From: Spirochaetia bacterium
GTDB taxonomy: Bacteria; Spirochaetota; Spirochaetia; DSM-2461
Assembly: GCA_963668315.1 (NCBI GenBank)
Contig: OY764216.1
Span: 3,776,001 to 3,840,000, forward strand
DNA length: 64,000 nt
Direction of reading: 5' to 3'
Under the pieces are notes generated by a model. It saw only the letters and a program-made list of their open reading frames with translations. It searched no databases and was not told where the DNA came from. The translations under genes were made by a program, and so were the position numbers. How positions within the stretch are numbered: position 1 is the first letter of the stretch; every line of letters begins with the position of its first letter. This document shows, piece after piece, positions 30,457 to 40,572 of this stretch.

Positions 30457-31686
30457 ATGAGAGAAAACTTACAAAAATTACTTCCCCTGTTTATTTTAAC
30501 CCTATTAATGGCAGCCTGTTCCGGTGAAGGGCTTTTCTATACCATTGAGAACGAAGAAAAAATCGTTGACAATAACATGGAAAATGTGAAATTTGAAAAG
30601 GTTATTGTCATCGACGGCGGTACCAATGAGTACTATGTGGCCCTGGGATCGCGGATCTGGTATAGAGAGATTTCCGGCAGCGCCTGGAATGTCCTGTCTC
30701 TTCCCGGTTCGGCCACCCACATCTCCTCCATGGTTCAATATAACAGCGATATTCTTTATACCGTAAGAACAGGAGACGGAAGCGCTATCTACAAGATTGA
30801 TGATCCGGGTACTAACGGAATGAGCGTCGGTTCCCTTATTTCAAACTCTACGACAGGCCCCTCCGTTTCCGGTAATTACGTGAACTACCGGTTATTTGCC
30901 GACAGTGACGGTTCGGTCCTTTGCCTGAATATTTTTGAGACCGAAGATGATGATGACCTGACACCCTACAGTTCGGCTCTTTACACCGCCGGCGCTGCTG
31001 ATATCACGGATTTTTCCGATTTCACGGTTTCCGCCGCAGCGGCTCTTGACCTTAATAATAAACCGGTCAAGAGCATGGCCTTTGATGCCGGTTCGAATGC
31101 CTGGCTTATCTACAACGACATAAACAGCGGGGATGATGATTATGACGATCTGGGCTCCCACGGAGTATTGATATCCTCCGCCGATAATTTCGGCAGCGAT
31201 GCGACTGTTGAATCAGGCCAGGGTGCGGGGTTCTACCAGACCGTTCATTACGATACGTCCAACAACGTTCTTCTCTTGAGCATCCGGACGGAATATTCTA
31301 CCAGCGGCTCTTCTTTCAATCTTTCCTATTATTACGGATCAGCCTGGACAACCGCTCCGTGGGGCTACGGTTTCAATGATTTTCTCTTTGATACGAATCT
31401 TACCAGCGGCGACAACTATATGATCGGCTGCACCATGAGTGATAACGTAACAAGCGCCGACGGCTATACTCTTCTGAATATTTCGGATATTGCCACCGGT
31501 ATATCATCCCTGGAAGACAGCGACATCATTGCCGATGAAGACAACTACAGCAGCAGCGACCTGATAGATTCGGCCATCTACAGCATGGATATCTATCTTA
31601 ACGGTTCCGATTATATTCTCCTTGCCGGGACCTCATCGGGAATCTGGACACTGAACAGCACCACGATGGTGTGGTCTCAGGAATAA
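30457..31686 (+). CDS. Acidic surface lipoprotein, TP0136-family-like
   Basis: Lipobox LMAAC, then GLFYTIENEEKI and a C-terminal GIW...WSQE, resembling treponemal TP0136-family termini. Confidence 0.55.
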   Translation: MRENLQKLLPLFILTLLMAACSGEGLFYTIENEEKIVDNNMENVKFEKVIVIDGGTNEYYVALGSRIWYREISGSAWNVLSLPGSATHISSMVQYNSDILYTVRTGDGSAIYKIDDPGTNGMSVGSLISNSTTGPSVSGNYVNYRLFADSDGSVLCLNIFETEDDDDLTPYSSALYTAGAADITDFSDFTVSAAAALDLNNKPVKSMAFDAGSNAWLIYNDINSGDDDYDDLGSHGVLISSADNFGSDATVESGQGAGFYQTVHYDTSNNVLLLSIRTEYSTSGSSFNLSYYYGSAWTTAPWGYGFNDFLFDTNLTSGDNYMIGCTMSDNVTSADGYTLLNISDIATGISSLEDSDIIADEDNYSSSDLIDSAIYSMDIYLNGSDYILLAGTSSGIWTLNSTTMVWSQE

Positions 31687-31712
31687 AAAAAGAGGATCGG
31701 CAACCGATCCCC
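31686..31712 (-). terminator. Intrinsic terminator of the minus-strand operon
   Basis: GGATCGG-CAA-CCGATCC hairpin with an A-run on its left, which is a U-tract on the minus strand. Confidence 0.6.
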
Positions 31713-31720
31713 TTATCACG

Positions 31721-31748
31721 AAAAGCCCGTCCCAGGACGGGCTTTTTT
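31721..31748. terminator. Bidirectional intrinsic terminator between convergent genes
   Basis: AAAAGCCCGTC-CCAG-GACGGGCTTTTTT. Confidence 0.85.
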
Positions 31749-32365
31749 CATCCTCTGACCATTTTAAAAACGTCCCTCAGCTCCGGGTCCTGTTTATAGT
31801 AATGCTCTTCCAGTTCTTCTTCGGATAGGCCGACGAGCTCATGGCTCATATAGTGAATCCAGAGATTATCCTCCGGTTTCTCTATGACGAACTTGCGGCA
31901 CCAGTAATCGGGCTGAACGTCGAGATGATTGTTTTTCCTCTCTCCGTAGCGTACATCCTTATAGTCATGAACGGCGACTTTCACGTCTTCACGGGGAATC
32001 CCCCGCTGAAGAATGACATCCACCAGATAGTTAAGCGTCTTTCCGCTGTCGAAAATATCATCGACAAAAAGGATCTTGTCTCCCTTTCTGAGATACTGGG
32101 GATCATAGGTCCAGCCGTCAATCATAATCTGATCGCTCTCGTGAACATCCGTATAAGACCGGGCGACCACGGCAGCATAGAAAACGGGCTTCTTTCCTTC
32201 CACCACCAGTTTGAAGAATTCGCTTATCACATTCCCCATATAGGCTCCGCCCCGGAGGGGGATATAGATGACATCGGGTATAAACCCTTCCTTGTAAATT
32301 GCTGCGGCCATCTTTAAAGCGTCGTTTCTTACGACATCATAGGGCAAAAATTGCTTATTCGCCAT
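31748..32365 (-). CDS. Type I phosphoribosyltransferase family protein
   Basis: LRGG and the ILFVDDIFDSGKT PRPP-binding loop. Confidence 0.85.
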   Translation of the reverse strand: MANKQFLPYDVVRNDALKMAAAIYKEGFIPDVIYIPLRGGAYMGNVISEFFKLVVEGKKPVFYAAVVARSYTDVHESDQIMIDGWTYDPQYLRKGDKILFVDDIFDSGKTLNYLVDVILQRGIPREDVKVAVHDYKDVRYGERKNNHLDVQPDYWCRKFVIEKPEDNLWIHYMSHELVGLSEEELEEHYYKQDPELRDVFKMVRG

Positions 32366-33836
32366 AACTCTCCCTCTGTACTATCAAATCTATTTCATTA
32401 ACCTTGTCGTTAATCCTCTTTATATGCAGGGAAAAGACATTCTCCGAAAGACGTCCCACTTCCTGATAAAAGTCATTGAGTGACTTAAGGGGCATCCCGT
32501 TAATCGACTCAATGATATCACCTACCTGTACACCGGATATCTGAAAAGGTGTCTTGGCATAGGTGTCTTCCACAATGACTCCTTCATAAGAGTCATCAAG
32601 CCCCAGGGCCTCCCGTATCGATTCATTCAGGGGAAGCAGAGTGACTCCTGGCCAGGCCAGGCTGTTGCTTGAACTGATCTGATCCTCATCCTCCCTCGTA
32701 TCGATGGTGACGGAAAGAGTCTTTCTCAGACCGGAGCGGAAGACTTCCATGGGCACGGTCGTGCCGGGATCGATTTCACCGATGCGATAGGTCAGGTCTT
32801 TCCGGCTTTTCACGGGAGACCCGTCGATGGAAAGGATGAAATCACCCGCCCTGATTCCCCCTTTCCAGGCGGGAGAACCGATGAAGACCTGATAAACGAA
32901 GGCGCCGTTCATATCCGGTTCCAGACCGATTTCACGGGCCAGCTGTACGGAACGGTCCCCCATACTCACACCCAGCCAACCGTAAAGAGGCTTGCCATAG
33001 GCGATAATGTCATCAATGGAACCGATGGCGTTGTTGATGGGGAGGCTGAAGCCCAGTCCCATGGAACCACCCGTGGAGGTGCTGATCCATGAGTTGATAC
33101 CGATTACTTCCCCTTTCATATTGATAAGGGCTCCCCCGGAGTTTCCCTGGTTGATGGCCGCATCGGTTTGAATGAAATCACTGATGTTTCCATCGGGGGC
33201 GTCTTCCCTTCCCAGAGCGCTTATGATTCCGGCAGTTACGGACGATTCATACCCCAGGGGATTTCCGATGGCCATGACCCAGTCACCCACATAAAGTGAT
33301 CCCGAATCTCCCAGCCGGGCCAGGGGAATATCCCTGTCTTCGGTGGTAAAGGAAATGAGGGCCAGGTCCTTTCGGCTGTCCGTACCGACCCTTACGGCAT
33401 CATATTCCCTTTCATCATAGAGGGTAACCTGGATCTTATCCGAATCGCCGACCACATGGTAATTGGTGATGATATAATAGGTCTGATCGATTTTCTTAAC
33501 GATAACACCGGAACCTAATCCGTAAAATTCAAATTTATCCCGGGGAACAGAGCTGTCGGGAGTGGAGAAATAATCGTCCCAGGGAACAGCTTCCGACATT
33601 TCCTGGCCGGCTTCCTTCGTATTCATGACATCGATCTCAACCACCACGGGAAGATTCTCCGCAGCCACCCGCCGAAAAATGTCCTGCATTTCATCGAAGG
33701 ATTCACTGGCGGGAGGGGCGGCATAAACCGGGGGGACATCACGGGTAAATAATAGAAGGCCCATGACGGCGACGGCACCGGCCAGAAAAGAAGAAAGGAC
33801 AATCAAAGGCAGATTCGTTTTACTGATATTTCTCAT
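32355..33836 (-). CDS. HtrA/DegP (Do) family serine endopeptidase with two PDZ domains
   Basis: GLGSG, TNYHVV, DLA and IQTDAAINQGNSGG catalytic motifs; two PDZ domains. Confidence 0.93.
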   Translation of the reverse strand: MRNISKTNLPLIVLSSFLAGAVAVMGLLLFTRDVPPVYAAPPASESFDEMQDIFRRVAAENLPVVVEIDVMNTKEAGQEMSEAVPWDDYFSTPDSSVPRDKFEFYGLGSGVIVKKIDQTYYIITNYHVVGDSDKIQVTLYDEREYDAVRVGTDSRKDLALISFTTEDRDIPLARLGDSGSLYVGDWVMAIGNPLGYESSVTAGIISALGREDAPDGNISDFIQTDAAINQGNSGGALINMKGEVIGINSWISTSTGGSMGLGFSLPINNAIGSIDDIIAYGKPLYGWLGVSMGDRSVQLAREIGLEPDMNGAFVYQVFIGSPAWKGGIRAGDFILSIDGSPVKSRKDLTYRIGEIDPGTTVPMEVFRSGLRKTLSVTIDTREDEDQISSSNSLAWPGVTLLPLNESIREALGLDDSYEGVIVEDTYAKTPFQISGVQVGDIIESINGMPLKSLNDFYQEVGRLSENVFSLHIKRINDKVNEIDLIVQRESYGE

Positions 33837-34589
33837 TTACAGACTCCCCGTTACGATCTCGTAACCCCTGTCGGTAACAACAACGGTATGTTCAAAATGG
33901 GCCGACAGAGAATTATCCGCCGTAACGACCGTCCAGTTGTCATCAAGAGTAACCACTTCAGCGGTTCCCATATTCACCATGGGTTCAATGGCAAGAACCA
34001 TTCCCTTTTTTAAACGGGGATTTATTCCGTGGGCGGGATAATTATTGGGGATCTGAGGGTCTTCGTGGACATGGAAACCGACGCCGTGTCCGCAGAAGGA
34101 GTGTACGATTCCGTATCCGTGGGGCTGAATTACCCCGGTAACGGCTTTGGATATATCGTGGACACGCGCTCCGGGCTTCACCGCTTCCACCCCTGCGATG
34201 AGGGACTTCTTCGTTACATCCAGAAGCTTTTCGACCTCCGGTGAAACCCGGCCCACCGTAAAAGTACGGGCGGCATCGCTAATCATTCCCTTATAGGTGA
34301 CACCGATATCACAGCCTATAATATCCCCTTCTCGAAGGGGCGTCTTATCGGGTATCCCGTGGATAACCCGGTCGTTAACGGAAGTACAGACAGCGGCAGG
34401 ATAGCCGCTGTATCCGAGAAAAGAGGCTTCCGCGCCCTCTTCCCGGAGTATTTTTCTCACGAGATTATCAATATCCATGGGGGAAATTCCCGGCTTGATA
34501 TAGTCCTTCAAAACCGTAAATATTCCTGCCAGTATGGCTCCCGACTCTCTTAAGCAATCGATCTGTTCATCATTTTTCAGTGCAATCAA
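33837..34589 (-). CDS. map: Type I methionine aminopeptidase
   Basis: CTSVNDRVIHGIP, GHGVG..VHEDP, AIEPM and SAHFEHT motifs. Confidence 0.96.
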   Translation of the reverse strand: MIALKNDEQIDCLRESGAILAGIFTVLKDYIKPGISPMDIDNLVRKILREEGAEASFLGYSGYPAAVCTSVNDRVIHGIPDKTPLREGDIIGCDIGVTYKGMISDAARTFTVGRVSPEVEKLLDVTKKSLIAGVEAVKPGARVHDISKAVTGVIQPHGYGIVHSFCGHGVGFHVHEDPQIPNNYPAHGINPRLKKGMVLAIEPMVNMGTAEVVTLDDNWTVVTADNSLSAHFEHTVVVTDRGYEIVTGSL

Positions 34590-36067
34590 TTATCCACCGC
34601 CTTTTTCCTCATGCCTTCCGCCTCTTCACTCTTCCCCTGATGATCCAGAAGGACAGCAAGATTCCAGGCACCGAACCAATCATGGGTCTTATCGTAATAA
34701 TCGGACAGAATCTGTTCCGAATCTTCATATCTCTGGGGCTTCTTCAGCGCCAGAATCAAGCCTGCATACAGATCATACCAGTCGGGACGGTATCCAAGAA
34801 CTTTCTCATGCCTGTCCATGATGATGTTCATGCTTTCAAAATCGCCGGAGACAGCCATATACCAGAGAAGATAACGGGTCACTTTCTCATCAGCGCTGTT
34901 TTCATTGAAGAGTTTCCAAATAAAAGCCCTGTATGCTTCGGGCGTAAGCTCCTCGGGAAAGGATGAAAATCTTTCCAGCATTACTTCCACATCATCGGGA
35001 TGATCGTTCAGATAGGTATTAACTACCCTTTCGGCCCTGACAGGATACGTCTCAAGCCAGTTATCCAGAAAATAAAGGATAACCTCCCGCTGATCGCCGT
35101 ACTCGTTCAAAGTATCCAGAATGATACGGGATGCTTCCTTCCATATCTGGGCTTTCTCATAAATCATAGCCCGGTTTACGAGGGGTCTCCAGTTGTCTTC
35201 GCCCCGTATTTCGAGGGATGTCAGATAGTGATACTCCGACTTTTCCCAATCGCCGAGTAAAAAATATCCGTCCCCCAGTATATTGTTCAGCGTCCATCTT
35301 CGGTTGTGATTTTTCCTGTCCAGCTCATCCTGCCTGTTCAGGAAATCGACGGCGGTCTTCACATCGCCCAGATCCCAGTACAGGAGCCCCAGGAGTTGCA
35401 GATAGGGCTGAACATCTCCGATGGTGGAAGCCCTTTCCACCGCTTCATCCTTCTCTCCCAGGGCCATCCAAAGCATAAGAGAATCGGCTTTCAGATCATC
35501 TATCCCGGAGATATCCCCGACGAGACCGTAAAACTCCGCATCCCTCTCCTGTTCAAGTCTCTGCATAACCCCCTGATAGGGGGGGAGTCCACTGTCTATT
35601 TCCAGACTCTCTTCCGTCAGCCTTATTTCTGCACTGACCGTGGGATAGCTCTCTTCAGAAATTCTGTCCCGGTATTTGAAAAGCCTGTCATAATCACCGG
35701 TCCAGAGAAGAGCCGTCAGATAATACATCCAGAATTCATCATTACCCCGGTACAGCTTGACGGCTCTTTCCGTATATTTCCGGTAGACGTTCCAGTCATC
35801 CGATGCGTCGGATATCAGATAGGCTCTCTTGATGATCCTCAGCCACTCTCCCGTCCCTCTGGCAAAAGAGGAAGATTTCTCAAGGGTCTCTTTAGCCTGG
35901 CGCACTCTGCCGTCTCTCTGAAAACCATCGGTTTGCGTGAGATAGTAATGAAAAGATTCAACCCGGGGGATGCGGTATCGATAGAGAAAAAATGAAAGGA
36001 TCAGAACAAGAAGAAAAAGAAAAACCGCTAAAAATGTTAGTATTCCCACACCCTTCTTGTTCGTCAT
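34586..36067 (-). CDS. Membrane-anchored TPR-like hypothetical protein
   Basis: N-terminal TM helix and repeated TPR-like helices (LGLLYWDLGD, LGDGYFLLGD). Confidence 0.6.
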   Translation of the reverse strand: MTNKKGVGILTFLAVFLFLLVLILSFFLYRYRIPRVESFHYYLTQTDGFQRDGRVRQAKETLEKSSSFARGTGEWLRIIKRAYLISDASDDWNVYRKYTERAVKLYRGNDEFWMYYLTALLWTGDYDRLFKYRDRISEESYPTVSAEIRLTEESLEIDSGLPPYQGVMQRLEQERDAEFYGLVGDISGIDDLKADSLMLWMALGEKDEAVERASTIGDVQPYLQLLGLLYWDLGDVKTAVDFLNRQDELDRKNHNRRWTLNNILGDGYFLLGDWEKSEYHYLTSLEIRGEDNWRPLVNRAMIYEKAQIWKEASRIILDTLNEYGDQREVILYFLDNWLETYPVRAERVVNTYLNDHPDDVEVMLERFSSFPEELTPEAYRAFIWKLFNENSADEKVTRYLLWYMAVSGDFESMNIIMDRHEKVLGYRPDWYDLYAGLILALKKPQRYEDSEQILSDYYDKTHDWFGAWNLAVLLDHQGKSEEAEGMRKKAVDN

Positions 36068-36073
36068 ATTTTA

Positions 36074-36478
36074 TTATAGAACGGTTTTTGCTATTCCATC
36101 AAGAACGCCATTAATAAATTTGTAGGACTCATCTGCGGCGTACTCCTTGGCAATCTCAATTGCCTCATTAATGACAACTCTCTGGGGAATATCTTTCTGA
36201 AAGAGAAGGGAATATACACTGAGGCGAAGAATGGCCAGATCGACCTTTGCCAGACGGTCAAAATCCCATTTATGCAGATGTTCCCTGATCTGTTTGTCTA
36301 TCTCTTCGGTGTTATCAAGAACTCCTGAGATCATCAGCCGGGAAAAGAGAAGAGTGTCTTCCGCCACTTCTTCCTTAAGCCAGTCGAAGACAAAAACCTC
36401 TTCCTTGCTATTGCCGGTCATATCCCAACCGTACAGGGCCTGGAAAGCTAAAACACGTCCTTTATGCCTGTTTGCCAT
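36074..36478 (-). CDS. nusB: Transcription antitermination factor NusB
   Basis: RHKGRVLAFQALY, DLAILRL, VVINEAIEIAKEY and FINGVLD motifs. Confidence 0.96.
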   Translation of the reverse strand: MANRHKGRVLAFQALYGWDMTGNSKEEVFVFDWLKEEVAEDTLLFSRLMISGVLDNTEEIDKQIREHLHKWDFDRLAKVDLAILRLSVYSLLFQKDIPQRVVINEAIEIAKEYAADESYKFINGVLDGIAKTVL

Positions 36479-36481
36479 ATA

Positions 36482-37540
36482 TTACAGTGCTTCCTCAAAG
36501 ATAGTGACATCCGAACGGCCTCGTAAATCCTGTACAACCTGCTGCTGAAGTCTGCCGTAAAGCTGCTGTTCCATCTGAGAGGTGATAATCTGAACGAGGT
36601 AGTTCCTTACAGTCATCTCCTGCATAGGATTGATTCTCTCATCAATACCCAGAACCCGCGCTTCCTTGTGGTCACCGATACGGATGATATGAAACCCGAT
36701 TTTCGATTCCAGCAGATAAACGAGGGACGGCTCTTTTCCTTCAAAAAGAGAATTGGTAAATTCCTGTCCGAAAACCTCATTGGCCTGAGAGTCGGCCCGC
36801 GCGATAGTAAAAGGCTGCCCTTTGACCTGGGTAAAGGGAAAATCATCCCCTTCTTCCTTGCTGACGTCGTCAAAACTGACATTACCCGAAGAGATTCTCC
36901 TATAAAGGTCCTCGGCTCTCTTCTTTACGGCGGCTCTGTCATCCCCTTCTGCAGCCTTGAAATAGATCTGATTCAGGAGAACATACTCGGGCTGGGCGAA
37001 CTGGCCTATATTCTGATTATAGAAGTCCTGTACCGTCTTGTCGTCCGGACCGGACATATTCTCGAAATCACTCTTTTTCGTCTGGGTTATATACCTTTGG
37101 ATAAGAAGACTGTTTTTGGTATTTTCAAGATAAAGATCATAGTCATGACCATTATCCACAAGAAGCTTTTTAAACTGTTCCGGATCATTCAGCATGGCTC
37201 CCGCGGGAATCTGATGCATCTGCTGAAGTTCCAGAGAAAGGCCCTGCATGGCCGCGGGGAGCACTTCGTCGTCACTCACCGTGATACCGAGGCTTTCGGC
37301 ATCCTGCTTGACCAGCATCTGATTGATGATGACGTCAAGAAGCTGCTTTTTTTCATCAAGAGTAAGCTCGACGCCCTTGTTCTGAAGGACCATCGTCTTT
37401 TCATAGCGCCGGAATTTAGTCTGCGGCAGAGCTTCGGTTTTGTGAAGCTTAATCACGGCTACAGGTCTATCGTTAAAGGATTGGGCGAAAAGGGAGCCCA
37501 TGAGTAGCGAAAATAGAAAAAAAAGGGAGATTTTCTTCAT
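36482..37540 (-). CDS. SurA-like periplasmic chaperone / parvulin-type PPIase
   Basis: Signal peptide, SurA N-terminal helices (LVKQDAESLGITVSDDEV) and a degenerate rotamase domain (SKIGFHII). Confidence 0.7.
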   Translation of the reverse strand: MKKISLFFLFSLLMGSLFAQSFNDRPVAVIKLHKTEALPQTKFRRYEKTMVLQNKGVELTLDEKKQLLDVIINQMLVKQDAESLGITVSDDEVLPAAMQGLSLELQQMHQIPAGAMLNDPEQFKKLLVDNGHDYDLYLENTKNSLLIQRYITQTKKSDFENMSGPDDKTVQDFYNQNIGQFAQPEYVLLNQIYFKAAEGDDRAAVKKRAEDLYRRISSGNVSFDDVSKEEGDDFPFTQVKGQPFTIARADSQANEVFGQEFTNSLFEGKEPSLVYLLESKIGFHIIRIGDHKEARVLGIDERINPMQEMTVRNYLVQIITSQMEQQLYGRLQQQVVQDLRGRSDVTIFEEAL

Positions 37541-37551
37541 TGATTTACCTT

Positions 37552-37965
37552 TTACTTCGTTATATGCAGCTTTTTGCCGATATACGAAGCTTCTTCCTTG
37601 GAGTTGATAATATCTGACGTCTTGAGAAATATACCCTCTTTTTCCAGAAGCTTCATCAAATCCTGAAGAACACGAAAAGCGCGGAATCCCTTTTTAAGAA
37701 CAAAGGCGTAACATCTTTTACCGCTAATTGTTCCGGCATTTTTGACAAATGCCATCAGGGATTCGTCCAGTTTTTTACTGAAAGGAGAAAGAGGCGCGGC
37801 GCCGACAGCTATGTATTCGTACATGGTAAGCTTCACGTTATTGTCCAGAATACCATTGATAACCTTGACGTCATGGCCCTGCTCGCCGATACCGTGGGCA
37901 AGGGCTTCCGCCGCCTGGGATAATTTGCCGGCTTCCTTTTCAAAATATACTACTGCAACTCTCAT
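37552..37965 (-). CDS. Flavodoxin-like fold hypothetical protein
   Basis: MRVAVVYF...ALAHGIGEQGHDV...YEYIAVGA...GKRCYAF pattern, without a canonical FMN phosphate loop. Confidence 0.55.
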   Translation of the reverse strand: MRVAVVYFEKEAGKLSQAAEALAHGIGEQGHDVKVINGILDNNVKLTMYEYIAVGAAPLSPFSKKLDESLMAFVKNAGTISGKRCYAFVLKKGFRAFRVLQDLMKLLEKEGIFLKTSDIINSKEEASYIGKKLHITK

Positions 37966-37993
37966 ACCTCTTCCTCGCTCCGTTGAATCATTA

Positions 37994-38353
37994 TCAGTTC
38001 TGGGGAATGACCAGCTCCGCTCCCTTGTCGCTATCCGGTAAAACCGTTTCGTTTTCCCACCAGTTTTCTCCCTGATTCACGCTCTGGGCACGGGATTCCC
38101 CGATAACGCTGTCCTTGTTGGAAGAACGCAGAAAGAAAGCCACAGAGAGGGAAAGGACGAGGAACAAAACACCTAAGATGCGGGTCAGTTTGATAAGCAC
38201 ATTGGAAGAAGAAGCTCCGAAAGCCGTATTGCTTCCACCGCCAAAGATACCACCAAGAGAATCGCCCTGCTCATCCTGAATGAGAACCATAAGAGCCAGA
38301 AGAACGGCATCTATGACATATAGCACAAATAAGATTACACCTAATACACCCAT
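37994..38353 (-). CDS. secG: Preprotein translocase subunit SecG
   Basis: VLIQ..GDSLGGIFGGGS..AFG...L.KLT motif between two TM helices; follows tpiA. Confidence 0.93.
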   Translation of the reverse strand: MGVLGVILFVLYVIDAVLLALMVLIQDEQGDSLGGIFGGGSNTAFGASSSNVLIKLTRILGVLFLVLSLSVAFFLRSSNKDSVIGESRAQSVNQGENWWENETVLPDSDKGAELVIPQN

Positions 38354-38435
38354 TATAACTCCTAAAAAGTGCCCCGGAGGACACTTTTCTTATTGTTTTA
38401 GTGGAAGCCCGCCGAGGGAGGGGCATTCCCGTTTA

Positions 38436-39188
38436 TTATTTATTGAAATTGACCAATGCGTCAAAGGAATCGGCCGTAAGTGCGGCTCCTCCGATGAGTC
38501 CTCCGTCAATATTCTCCATGGCCATCAGCTCTTTCACGTTTCCGGGTTTAACGGATCCGCCGTACTGGATATTGGTGGCCTGAGCGATATCATCGCCGAA
38601 CATCTCGGCGAGCTTTTTCCGGCAGGAAGCATGGATGGCTTCGGCGTCGTCGGGGGTAGCGGTTTTACCGGTACCGATGGCCCATACGGGTTCATAGGCG
38701 ATCATGACATTGGCCATGTCTTCCTTGGAAAGACCGGCGAGACCTTTCTCAAGCTGTTCAAAACAGACAGCTTCGGCTTTTCCGGCTTCTCTCTCTTCCA
38801 GAAGCTCTCCGATACAGAGATCAACTTTCATGCCGTTGGCCAGGGCCAGCTTTACTTTCTCATTGATCATTTCATTGGATTCGCCGTAGATATGTCTTCT
38901 TTCGGAATGTCCGAGGATAACAACCTCAACGCCGAGATCTTTCAGCATCAGAACGGAAGTTTCACCCGTATGGGCACCTTCGAGTTCGGTAGCCATATTC
39001 TGGGCGGCCAGAATGATATTGGAACCTTTGATGACTTCCGCAACGGCGGGAATACATACGAAGGAGGGAGCGATCATCACTTTGTTGTCGCTGTCCTTGA
39101 CCAGGGGAAGGATCTCCTTGGCGAGTGCAACAGCCTCGCTGGGAGTTTTATTCATTTTCCAGTTTCCCGCAATAAGATATTCTCTCAT
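38436..39188 (-). CDS. tpiA: Triose-phosphate isomerase
   Basis: AGNWKMN, GHSERR, AYEPVWAIGTG, YGGSV and LIGGA motifs. Confidence 0.98.
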   Translation of the reverse strand: MREYLIAGNWKMNKTPSEAVALAKEILPLVKDSDNKVMIAPSFVCIPAVAEVIKGSNIILAAQNMATELEGAHTGETSVLMLKDLGVEVVILGHSERRHIYGESNEMINEKVKLALANGMKVDLCIGELLEEREAGKAEAVCFEQLEKGLAGLSKEDMANVMIAYEPVWAIGTGKTATPDDAEAIHASCRKKLAEMFGDDIAQATNIQYGGSVKPGNVKELMAMENIDGGLIGGAALTADSFDALVNFNK

Positions 39189-39202
39189 TTCATTACCTCA
39201 CT

Positions 39203-39235
39203 AAAAAAATCGCAGCCCCGCCTGCGGAGCTGCAA
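39203..39235 (-). terminator. Terminator-like hairpin between pgk and tpiA
   Basis: TTGCAGCTCCGC-AG-GCGGGGCTGCGA followed by T7 on the minus strand. Confidence 0.55.
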
Positions 39236-39307
39236 CATTGTAACACATAAATATGATACTGGCTAGAAGGTTTCCCCGAATGTTTATTTCAGGAAAACCC
39301 GCGAATA

Positions 39308-40489
39308 TTATTTCTTAAGAGCCACGACACCGGGAAGGGCTTTTCCTTCCAGATACTCCAGGGAGGCTCCGCCGCCGGTGGAGACGTGATCAATTTTATC
39401 ACCCAGCTTGAACTTGTTGACGGCTGCGACGGAATCACCGCCGCCCACAACGGTCGTACCGGCGCAATCGGCTACGAAATTGGCCACTTCTTCGGTTCCC
39501 TTGGAAAAGGCGTCAAACTCGAAAACACCCATGGGGCCGTTCCAGACGACAGTTTTGGCTTCGGCGATTTTCACTTTTATCGCGGCAATGGTCTTGGGAC
39601 CGACATCCATGGCCAGCTTTCCTTCGGGAACATCTTCGGAATCCACCGCTTCGGGAACGGCGGTTTCGCTGAATTCGGAGGCGACCACATGATCCATGGG
39701 AAGGATAACGGTCGTACCCTGGGCTTCGGCCTTCTTGAGAAAAGAAGCGGCCGTATCAAGATAGTCCTCTTCGAAAAGGGATTTACCGATAGCTTTGCCC
39801 TTCGTTTTGAGGAAGGTGTAGGCCATACCGCCGCCGATAACGAAGGTATCGCACTTGTCAAGGAGAGACTCGAGCACGCTGATTTTTGAAGAGACCTTGG
39901 CTCCGCCGATAATGGCGACCATGGGCTTTTCGGGATTTTCCAGAACCTTATCGAAGAATTCGCACTCCTTCTCCATGAGGAAACCGGCAACGGAAGGAAG
40001 ATATTTGGTAACACCTTCGGTAGAGGCGTGCGCTCTGTGGGCCGTTCCGAAAGCATCGTTGACATAAACGTCCGCCAGGGAAGCGAGCTTTTCGGCAAAG
40101 GCGGGATCATTCGCCTTCTCTTCCTTATAGTAACGGGTATTTTCAAGAAGAAGAATTTCCCCGGCCTTGAGAGAGTCGGCCATAGCTTTAACATCATCGC
40201 CCACGACATCGGGAGCCATATTAACCTTGGTGCCCGTCAGATCGGCAAGATGACCGGCAAGCTGGGACATGCTGAGTTCCGGCTCTTTTGCCGTACTGGG
40301 ACGTCCCAGATGGCTCATAACAATAAGGGAAGCCCCTTCCTGCTCCAGGATGTATTTGAGCGTGGGAAGAGCTCTCTGCATCCGGGTGTCATCGGTGATT
40401 TTACCCTCTTTCAAGGGAACGTTAAAATCTACTCTCACCAGAACTTTCTTGTTTTTCAGGTCAAGATCTTTAACCGTTTTTACAGCCAT
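39308..40489 (-). CDS. pgk: Phosphoglycerate kinase
   Basis: [31 protein letters not shown] and STGGGASLE motifs; start is the ATG at 40489 after AAGGAG. Confidence 0.98.
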   Translation of the reverse strand: MAVKTVKDLDLKNKKVLVRVDFNVPLKEGKITDDTRMQRALPTLKYILEQEGASLIVMSHLGRPSTAKEPELSMSQLAGHLADLTGTKVNMAPDVVGDDVKAMADSLKAGEILLLENTRYYKEEKANDPAFAEKLASLADVYVNDAFGTAHRAHASTEGVTKYLPSVAGFLMEKECEFFDKVLENPEKPMVAIIGGAKVSSKISVLESLLDKCDTFVIGGGMAYTFLKTKGKAIGKSLFEEDYLDTAASFLKKAEAQGTTVILPMDHVVASEFSETAVPEAVDSEDVPEGKLAMDVGPKTIAAIKVKIAEAKTVVWNGPMGVFEFDAFSKGTEEVANFVADCAGTTVVGGGDSVAAVNKFKLGDKIDHVSTGGGASLEYLEGKALPGVVALKK

Positions 40490-40572
40490 TTCATCTCCTT
40501 CATTCGCCCCGACCCCAGGGGTAGCGGGACAGATAATCATCTATATAAAAGTATTTTTTTATCTTATGATAA

